Shown: positions 53,990 to 64,000 of the stretch, piece after piece
Layout: every line of letters begins with the position of its first letter
How positions within the stretch are numbered: position 1 is the first letter of the stretch
Assembly: GCA_951406725.2 (NCBI GenBank)
Contig: OX597815.1
Location: 67,642,001-67,706,000 of the forward strand
Source: Octopus vulgaris
Lineage: Eukaryota
Length of the DNA stretch: 64,000 bases
Direction of reading: 5' to 3'
Program-made: the position numbers and the translations under genes
The notes under the pieces: generated by a model
Seen by the model: only the letters and a program-made list of their open reading frames with translations
Told to the model about the DNA's origin: nothing
Databases searched by the model: none

Positions 53990-55120
53990 TATCCTATTTT
54001 AACCATTATCCTTTAAATCTTAAGTCGGTTTTGCAGATTTGTATAGTCCCAGATATTGTGATCATATGTAGTATTTGAATTAAGATTTGCATTCTCACCA
54101 CAAGACTCCAAATTCAGCCATACTTTGTTCCAGACGGGTTGGCATCTATACTGTTGCTCCAATAATAATAGGTATGAAGCTGAAAGTGTATCTTGGATAC
54201 TGGATTTGCGAACTCATTATCAATGGTCCATAGATGACCTCTTTCTCTTGAAATTTTCTAACCACATTCGTGTCAAAAGAGCAGCTGTTTTCCCCAACAG
54301 AACATATCATTTTTTGTGGTCTCACACGATGATATCTAGCCAGTTATGTTTTAACTTACGCTGTTTTAATTTTTAAGTTTTATCAATATTCCTTTGATCC
54401 ATCGGTCTCAATAAGGTCAACTTCATTTGTAGGTATTTTCTTTTTTGTTATCCTGCTCTAGACCGTTCTGACCACCTCATTATACATCATTACAAGATAA
54501 TATCTGGAAGACATTCTCTCACAGTTAGCAATAATGTGGTTGATGTCTTCAGTCTTGGTCTTACACAGCCTACATATGTTGTCTCTCAATGTTTTCTGCC
54601 TGTAATGCTGTAGTTATATGGTAGGTATCTATTATTCTTGAAATGTATGAATGTAGCCTTCAAGGTGGGATGTCCTAAAGTTGTCGGTACTTCATGCCAA
54701 GCTGCTGACTGATCAATCCCTTCTATGGCTTGTATTCAACGTGCCAAGTACCCATATATTATCTTCTTAGTGAACTGGTATTTTTTCTTTGTTGATAAAT
54801 AGACTTTAGCAATGCTCCTTGGGGAGAGATCTATGTCAACTCTTATTTTATTCTCTACTTCGAGTTCATTAGTTATCCTAATTATATTGTTGGTTTCGTG
54901 GTCACAAACTTGGGCAAGATAGTTACTGATCTTTTCCCTCTGCTGCAGTTGTTGTTTCATTGTCACAATCCGTGCTTCATATGTCATCAATATAGATTTG
55001 AGACTACGACCACTATCCTTGAGTGGGAGGTATAGCTTATCTACATCTCCATTGATGTTGAAGTTTCCTGTGACACTTAGCAACTTGCATCTATCTTGAG
55101 TTCTTGTAGAGGTCAGTGTA
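53990..55120 (-). mobile_element. R4/Dong-clade non-LTR retrotransposon C-terminal fragment
   Basis: GNFNINGDVDKLYLP.K..GRSLKS, then CRLCKTKTEDINHIIANC (CCHC) and a decayed RLE. The 5' junction abuts (CATA)n at 55125. Confidence 0.75.
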
Positions 55121-55185
55121 GGCTATGTATGTATGTATGTATGTATGTATGTATGTATGTATGTATGTATGTATGTATGTATGTA

Positions 55186-55308
<123 letters not shown>

Positions 55309-55667
55309 CAGAGGAACAGAAGAAACATATCTATTCATTAGTCTTCGTATTCTAATTCGTTGTGTGAACTGAAGAAAGCATATATTTTTGCTATTCATTT
55401 AGACATAATTTTATTCAAAGGATTTTTGTCATGATAAAGTGTGTATATATTTTGAAAAGTGTATATAAAGTGTGTATGTATTTTGTTATTGAATTACGTA
55501 TAACTCAAAGAATTCTTATCTTGATAATGAGTATATATATTCAGATTGATTTACATAGAATTTCGTTCAAAGAAATTTTTTTCACACACATGCACACACA
55601 CGCACGCGCATACACACACACACGCACGCGCATACACACACACATGCATATATATAGGCGTATTTTA

Positions 55668-55763
55668 AATGCTTGTATATTTTATTAAAGAATTAAAATA
55701 ACTTATCTGCATAGAATGCTTGTATATTTTATTAAAGAATTAAAATAACTTATCTGCATAGAA
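55668..55763. repeat. Perfect 47-bp tandem duplication
   Basis: aatgcttgtatattttattaaagaattaaaataacttatctgcatag occurs twice. Confidence 0.9.
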
Positions 55764-55910
55764 AGCTGGTGGAGTTTTCCCAGCCTCAGATATCGAAATT
55801 CTGATAGCGAAATATAAAAGTGAAACATATTTATTCCACTACAAGAGGTATTGTTGTGCGTGCGTGCGTAAATGTTTGTGTGTGTGTATGCATGCGTTTG
55901 TGTGTGTGTG

Positions 55911-55989
<79 letters not shown>

Positions 55990-56474
55990 GTATGTGCGTG
56001 TGTGTGTGTCTGTGTGTGTGTGTGAGTGTGTGTGTGTAATCGTCGAAGAATGCTTAAGGCGGAATAAACAAGCACTTGTATGTTTATCAAAAGAGTGGGT
56101 TTCCTAATATTTATGTTATACAGTATTGTAGATCAATTTCAGCCGATATTACCAAGCGTACGATGGCTGAATATCAAAAAATTGAGAATCAAAATACCAA
56201 AAATCAGGAACTCGAAATATAAAATGATTTAAAGATTGAACACTCTAACACGAATTTCTTTTTAAATCGCGTGAAAAATAATGAAGCGCACCTCTCCAAG
56301 AAAATGACGCCTAATTTCTAAAAAATAATTATGAAAATGGGAAATATATTCAAAATAAATGAAGTATGCATAAAATTAAGAAGATTCATCTATTTTCAAA
56401 TATTTTATACTAAAATGTAAAACACAGAAAACGGGCAATCGCGAATATTAACAAACATGTCGGACGATACAACG

Positions 56475-57750
56475 TGTACATATAAAAATGAGAATGTGTG
56501 TCTATCTGTCTGTGTGAATCCCTAAAACTCGAGAACTACACAACCGATTTCATTCAAACTTTACATATGCCTTACTTAGGGTCCATGCAGTGTCATATGC
56601 CAAAAGCATTTTCAACTTCTTGCCTAATGCGACCCTAGAGCAATCTCTTATCTCTTACACTATTTCAGTATTACATCTTTATTGTAATGTAAGATATTAC
56701 TTTCAGTTCGAAAGTTTGAAAGAAGTCTGTCCTATATATATATATATATATAAAACTTAGATAAAAATTTAGATATGTTTCGACCAAAGATTGGTCCAGG
56801 CCATGTCTAACTTAATAGCACCACCTGATAGGATTATTCGAATCCTGTTTATATAAATATATTCCTTGTACATTCCAAAACCGAGTTACCGATTTTGACG
56901 TATCAGGTATCAAAAGATTCAGTACTATTTCGGCTACAGATTAAACTTAATTTCCATTTACATAATTGCATTTCAAAAATTTAACACTATAATATTTTCC
57001 ATAAATCAACTATCGTAAACATTTTATACAATGACGTCACATTTCCTATATGTGTGTGTACTTTAAAATACATCAATCATCACGACACAGACCTTCACTC
57101 TGTCACTATCTCTCTCTCTCTCACACACACACAAGCACAAACACACACACACACGTCCATTTCATATACACGTACATACATCTTTCACTTTCTCTCTGTC
57201 CTTTTCGCTTTCTATTCTTTCAATTTCTGCTCTCTTCAAATAAAATTTTGCGGAATTAGCGGGAAAAACACATAATGAGCCACCACAGCGGAATGGTGTT
57301 AGTGTATGTATTGACTGACATAACGAACTGTTGGAGGTGAAACTCTTGACAAAAAACAATGAGGTGGCAGGTCCAACGTATATAAAAATATACATTTACC
57401 GTTCAATTACCAGTAGATAATGGTCGCAGCAGCTGCAAGGTATTTGCAGTTACATATTTACTCTTAAATTAACATTTAATACATGTGCTTAATATATATA
57501 TATTAAGAAATTTATCTATAATAATTATTGTGGCATTTACCGTTAAATTAGCAGTTCATACATGTTCTTCTATTTGGTTAATTTATATTGCATACAAAAA
57601 TATATAAACATACTACATACATATAACTGCTTACAAAAATAGGAATTAATGCATAATTTATTTCTATGTTCATAATTTTTTGTTTCAAATATTGAAAAAA
57701 ATATGCCACCAAAGAAAAGACGTAATCTCTCCAGAAACAAGTCTATCACC
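56475..57750 (+). mobile_element. Probable Helitron 5' portion, interrupted by another repeat at about 56730-57030
   Basis: tataaaaatgagaatgt..(tgtc)n..aactcgagaactacacaaccgatttcattcaaa resembles Helitron 5' ends; MPPKKRRNLSRN at 57703 resembles a RepHel N-terminus. No 3' CTAG end found. Confidence 0.4.
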
Positions 57751-58091
57751 TTATTGGTTCCCTGTTACCCACAAATGAACAACCACTGTCTCTCCAAATT
57801 TATTTTATGAATGATGTAGGACAACAAACCCGAAGGAGGTGTCAAAATTTCAGATGATGGATCGTGTTAGACACAGCGCTGACTGCTGCAAAAGACAGCT
57901 TTTCGGTGCGTTCAAAAATCACATAACCCACACTCCTAATTTTCCATGCGAGGTTAGGGCCTGAAGTACTCCAAACGGAGGCATAGCATGTTGCTTATTC
58001 GAATTAGGTATACATATATCTGTTAGAATGAGATGTCAGTGTTATTTTCATTTTTGCATAATTTAGACGACGATATATTTACCGCACCCTG

Positions 58092-58141
<50 letters not shown>

Positions 58142-58179
58142 CAGACATGGATATATATATATACATATATATATATATG

Positions 58180-58211
<32 letters not shown>

Positions 58212-58300
58212 ACATATATACATTTTCATATTTCGCTTAGGCATAGCAATACTAATAATTTGACTTAAAATACATATGCTGTCTATCAATCAGTCAGTCA

Positions 58301-58342
<42 letters not shown>

Positions 58343-58373
58343 ATCTATCTATCTATCTATCTATCTATATCTA

Positions 58374-58531
<158 letters not shown>

Positions 58532-58961
58532 CAGATATATACATACATATACGTACATGCATTCATTGATATAAATATATACATACTCACGCACACACAT
58601 ATTAATATATGTATACATTCTCACGTATGCACACACACCCATCCACACACGCACACATACACACACACACACACATGCATAGACATACATAGACACTATA
58701 TATCCCGTTAGTTAAAACACCCGTCTATACTGTTCATTCCACACATTTTCTACGTTTTTTATGAATTCCCCCACGTCTCGTTTCCACATGAAGTTGACAG
58801 TGGAATAGAAAAAAATAAGCAAAATAAAACAAACCAACATTGACCGTCAATTAAGTTATTGATCAACAGATCAATCCCACCCCAAACCAACCAACGTCAA
58901 AAATATCCAAATTGATGAAATGTATTTTTTTTATTTCCTGTCCCCAATCCTTTCTAGTCGT

Positions 58962-59061
<100 letters not shown>

Positions 59062-59222
59062 CGGTACTACTACTGCTGCTACAGCTGATGTTGCTTCTAT
59101 TGTTGTGATTGTTATTCTTGTTATAGTTATTTTTGTTATTTGTGATTACTATTGTTATTGTTATCATTGATGTTGTTATTCATTACTAGTTTTTTCTACT
59201 TATATTATTATCACGATTGTCG

Positions 59223-59432
59223 AGGCGGTGAGCTGGCAGAATCAATAGTACGCCGGGCAAAATGCTTAGCGGCATCTCGTCCGTTATTACGTTCTGAGTT
59301 CAAATTCCGCTCAACTTTGCCTTTCATCCTTTCAGGGTCGACAAGTTAAGTACCAGTGAAACACTGGGGTCGATGTAATCGACTCATCCCGTCCTCCAAA
59401 ATTTTAGGTTTTGTGCCTTGAGCAGAAAGGTT
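59223..59432 (+). mobile_element. Family-A tRNA-derived SINE
   Basis: ggcggtgagctggcagaa A-box region, gagttcaaattcc B box, gcctttcatcctttcagggtcga core. Confidence 0.85.
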
Positions 59433-59538
59433 TATGATTGTTATTGACGTTCTTGTTAAATGTATTTTGGTGGAGCTACTATTAATGTTATTGCTGATAT
59501 TATTATTACTATTTCTTATTGGTGATGGCATAGTTATG

Positions 59539-59588
<50 letters not shown>

Positions 59589-60226
59589 GACTACTGGTAG
59601 TAGTACTTTCATAATTATTATTATGGTATGCTGGAGATTGTTAGTTTTGAGGATGAATTCTAAACAGCAACCACGAGTCTCTGAGGCATTTCTTAATACA
59701 TTTTATCTGATATTTTCTCCAGATTTCTAATACCCTTTTCAATGATCTCGCTGTTTCCTGTTAGTGACAGAGTTGTCACAGATAATAGAAAGCTGGAATC
59801 GATAAGTTTACAGTAACTAATTTTATGCTTCATGGTTCTGAATCGAAATCCCTCAGGTGTCAACCTTGCTTTTTGATGGAATCCATTACAAAAGAAATTT
59901 TTATCTAAGAACGGAACCATTTCTATAATTTTTGCTAGCCATGAGAGAACGGATGGCAATAGGCAATATTTTAATTCAGAATAAAATGGTAAGTTGGCAG
60001 AAAGAGTAGAGTACTAGACTAACTACTTGAGTTTCGTTTTCATTGTCTATGTTTTAATTTCAAATCCTGCGATAGTCGTCTTTGAGTTTGGTTTTGAAAC
60101 ATCTTATATAACAAACAAATATTAGTAATACTGCAATTGATTTGGGTGTATTACGGAGCGATTTACGACACATATCTTAAAGGTAACGCATATTATTAGA
60201 TCGGGTATTTTATGCATATGTACCTA

Positions 60227-60292
<66 letters not shown>

Positions 60293-60821
60293 AACATATA
60301 TATATATACATACACAAAAAAAACACATATATATATACATATATACACATGTACATACATGTGTGCATATATGTACGTGTGCGTGTGTGTAAATATATAT
60401 GTATATATATAATATATTAAATTAGAGATAAAACCACTATTAGGCAAATCAAACAGTGAAAATCATAAGCCAATACATAGAAATAAATTAATAAAATATA
60501 TAAAAAATATAAAATATAAAATTACAAATTAAAATATTTAAATTAAAGTTAAGATTTAAAAAATTATTTAAATTAATAATTTAAACTTATAAATTTTAAA
60601 TATATATATAATTTTTTTTATTTATTTATTTATTTAATTTTTAAAAAAAATTAACTATCAAAAAGTATTAAAAGTTTAATATAATAAAAGAGTATATACG
60701 TACATATAAAAATGCACACACAAGCACAAACACACACACACACACACACACACAACACGCACACACACTCACACATATATATATATGTATGTATATGTAT
60801 ATCTATCTATCTATCTATCTA

Positions 60822-60877
<56 letters not shown>

Positions 60878-61613
60878 TTTGGTTAATGAGATGGAAGATG
60901 GAAGATACGAGAATATTTATTCATCACTACAATTGTTTCTACCCATCTAGCATTGATCCCTCACGGGTGGGAAACGTAGCTACCGGTTCAGGAGCATCCG
61001 TCGGTGCAGATATGTCCCTTCGGGTGATAATTAGATATAACTCATTAAAATAACGACTGTTCCGCAAGGTATCTTCTCGGTTCGTGTAAAGAAAAACAGC
61101 AAATTAAAAGATGCAGCTTCATTTATATAGAAGATCAATAGTAAAAGTAACAGATGCAGGAAAAAAAGGAAACGAATACAGAATCAGAAAATTAAGGCTC
61201 AGTTGATTTTCTTAAATGTTACTACTTTAAATAACATTTAAAGTAATATTTTTTAGCATTTATCTATGTGCTCTGTGTTTGCGTGTGCAAGAGTGCGCCG
61301 GTGTGAATGCAGGTGTGTGTGTACCTTAAACCCGTTTATGTAAACAGACGTTTCAATTCGGTATCGTATATTTTCTTCTTCACTCAATTCTTTTTCTTTT
61401 CTTTGATAAACAATTTAACCCGAAACGTTAGCCTCTCCTCTGTGTCTTGCATTGACATACTTATCATCATTATATACTTCTTTCATTGTTGTTTTTAGCT
61501 TAACATTTCTAAACTTTTACAGTCTCATCCTTTCACTTGCCTAACTGCTTGTATTAATCATTTCTTTATCTCATTTTAGGCTCATAATCTTACTCTAATT
61601 ATCGGAATGAGTT

Positions 61614-61665
<52 letters not shown>

Positions 61666-62083
61666 TTATATACCTATCCACTAACCTTCACATACATACG
61701 TCTACGTTGTGTATGTGTGTGTGTTAATATACAGAGTAACAATAAAAGGATATTATGAATAAATACATATAAATAAATCAAGCAGATATCCGGCTATCTG
61801 TAATTCTTAAGTACTGGACAACAAATTGAAAATATTCATTTTCATAATAGTACTTGTATTTCCATACCTAATTTAATGTATATCCTTATATTATTATATT
61901 ATCACAGAGCACTCCATGTTTCTCTAATATAAATGTATATCGAATGATATATTTAGAAATATTGGCATTGAACTCCAACTACAAGTCGAATTCTTGCCGT
62001 ATATAGAACATAATAGATATTTACGGGAGGAGGTAAATACAGCAGCTTTGAGTTTATCGTTCTTTTACTATTTGTATATAACA

Positions 62084-63148
62084 AGGCGACGAGGTGGCAG
62101 AAATGTTAACACGCTGGGCGAAATGCTTTGCGGTATTTCGTCTGCCGCTACGTTCTGAGTTCTGAGTTCAAATTCCGCCGAGGTCGACTTTGCATTTCAT
62201 CAATCGGGGTCGATAAATTAAGTACCAGTTACGCACTGGGGTCGATGTAATCGGCTTAATCCGTTTGTCTGTCCTTGTTTGTCCCCTCTGTGTTTAGCCC
62301 CTTGTGGGTAGTAAAGAAATGGGTATTTCGTCTGTCTTTACGTTCTGAGTTCAAATTCCGTCGAGGTCGACTTTGCCTTTCATCCTTGCGTACTGGGGCT
62401 GATCTTATCGACTGGCCCCTCCCCAAAAATTCGGGCCTTGTGCCTAGCGTAGAAAAGAATATTCATATATAACGAGGAAGCTAGCTGGTGGAATCGTTAG
62501 CACAACAGGGAAAATGCTTAGTGGTATTTCGTCAGTCTTTACGTTCTAAGTTCAAATTTCCCCGAGGCTGACTCTTCCTTTCGCCTTTCGGAGCCGATAA
62601 AATAAGTGCCAGTCGAGCAGTGGGGTCGATGTAGCCATCTAAGCTTTCCCTGAATTTGCTGGCATTACGTCAAAAATTGATACTAATATCTGTATGTAAT
62701 GCAATAAGGAATTTTGGTTATGAGATTTCTTTGCTGTTCAAACTCACACTGTTTTTTTTACTTCTGAAGCCTTTTATCAAAGCGGTTGCGATGAAGAATT
62801 GGCAAAAACTGAAACAGAACACCTTGCGGTATCTACTCCAATTTGTTATGCTCTGAATCTTGTTCAGATGTCAAAGTTAATTTTGTCTTTCAACCCTTTT
62901 GGGACCGGTGAAAAAACCAGTCGGGAACGAGTCATTGGAAGGATTGTTAAAGAATCGGGAAGATATCTTGTAGCGTTTACTCATGGGTTCTGGTATTCGG
63001 AGTCTTTTTTTATATACTTTTTAAGTGGTCGACGTTGCCTTTCATCCATTCAGGGTCGATAAAATAAGTACTAGTAGAACACTGGGATCGATGTAATCGA
63101 CACATCCCTTCCTGCATAATTGCTGCCCTTGTGGCAAAATTTTAAAAC

Positions 63149-63226
<78 letters not shown>

Positions 63227-63431
63227 CATTATTATTAAGGTGGTGAGCTGGCAGAATCGTTAGCACGCCGGGCGAAGTGTTTGGCGGTATTTCATCTGCC
63301 GCTACGTTCTGAGTTCAAATTCCGCCAAGGTCAACTTTGCCTTCCATTTTTTCGAGGTTGAAACACTGAGGTCGATGTAATCGACTACTTCCCTCCCCCG
63401 ATTTTAGACCCGGTGTCTATAGCAGAAAGGC

Positions 63432-63468
<37 letters not shown>

Positions 63469-63633
63469 GGTTGTGATCTGGCAGAATCTTTAGCACGCCG
63501 GCCGAAATGTTTAGCTGTATTTCGTCTGCCGCTACGCTCTGAGTTAATATTCCGCCGAGGTCGACTTTGCCTTTCTTCCTTTCGGAGTTGATAAATTACG
63601 CAAAATCCTGGCCTTGTGCCTATAGTAGAAAGG

Positions 63634-63634
<1 letters not shown>
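62084..63634 (+). mobile_element. Head-to-tail array of six or more family-A SINE copies, the last ones separated by (TTA)n
   Basis: Heads at about 62084, 62480, 63238 and 63468; repeated cgttctgagttcaaattccgccgaggtcgactttgcc; tails agaaaggattattatt. Confidence 0.85.
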
Positions 63635-63699
<65 letters not shown>

Positions 63700-64000
63700 G
63701 AGTGAGAGAGCAGTGCATGCCATCAAAGTGACACTGGGGTAAAATATACGAAGCCCAATATACCCATCATGACTACCCGTCTGATAAAGGTACACCAGGC
63801 ACATGCATCACAACCATATGTGCGCGACATGGTGATCTCATATCAAGATAAACAGCACATGACCTTGCAGGTGGGGCCCAGTTAGAATTTTCTTCAGGTT
63901 GAGTAGCCCATCCCGCTCAAAAGGTCCCCGAATAAGGGTTGTTTAAGGATGTTGAAAGAACCACCCATGTTTCCAGAGGTGAATTATTCAAACCCCAAAG
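63634..64000 (-). mobile_element. 3' end of a probable retroposon with a (TAA)n tail, truncated by the window edge
   Basis: Complex sequence ending ...ctctctcactc, followed on the minus strand by (AAT)n; recalled as a common octopus repeat (unverified). Confidence 0.5.

Noticed and set aside
59693-59959. 88-aa ORF in non-repetitive sequence
   Set aside because: No recognisable motif; possibly decayed LINE sequence, but unsupported.
60925-61010. Minus-strand GAAACAAUUGUA half-hammerhead
   Set aside because: The core reads CGACGGA and stem II is not evident; counted only as a relic.
62084-63634. Regularly recurring repeats suggestive of a CRISPR array
   Set aside because: The units are 150-250 bp diverged SINEs in eukaryotic DNA, with no spacers of constant length and no cas genes.

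Overview
AT-rich, extremely microsatellite-dense eukaryotic DNA with no convincing host protein-coding gene. The SINE families, Penelope, Dong/R4, Hero, RTE, Helitron, Chapaev-like and mariner relics fit a coleoid cephalopod, most likely Octopus (inferred from recalled repeat families, not a search). The window reads as intergenic or large-intron sequence, and nearly all ORFs in the track are translations of simple repeats. Recognisable coding relics are: a decayed Dong/R4 reverse transcriptase (43160-44615), several R4 and Hero endonuclease ends, a Penelope GIY-YIG domain, a complete 830-bp non-autonomous Helitron, a Chapaev-like transposase and a full-length 1267-bp mariner with TIRs and TA duplication. 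The most interesting signal is non-coding. At least four well-formed and several variant type-I hammerhead ribozyme motifs sit in short islands, mostly between (TA)n tracts. One lies inside a 404-bp-period partial tandem repeat (39915-40465) resembling a retrozyme or non-autonomous Penelope-like unit. All intact motifs are on the minus strand. Several long RNA-like hairpins and apparent microsatellite-targeting patterns of the retroelements are also noted. SINE and LINE boundaries are approximate.
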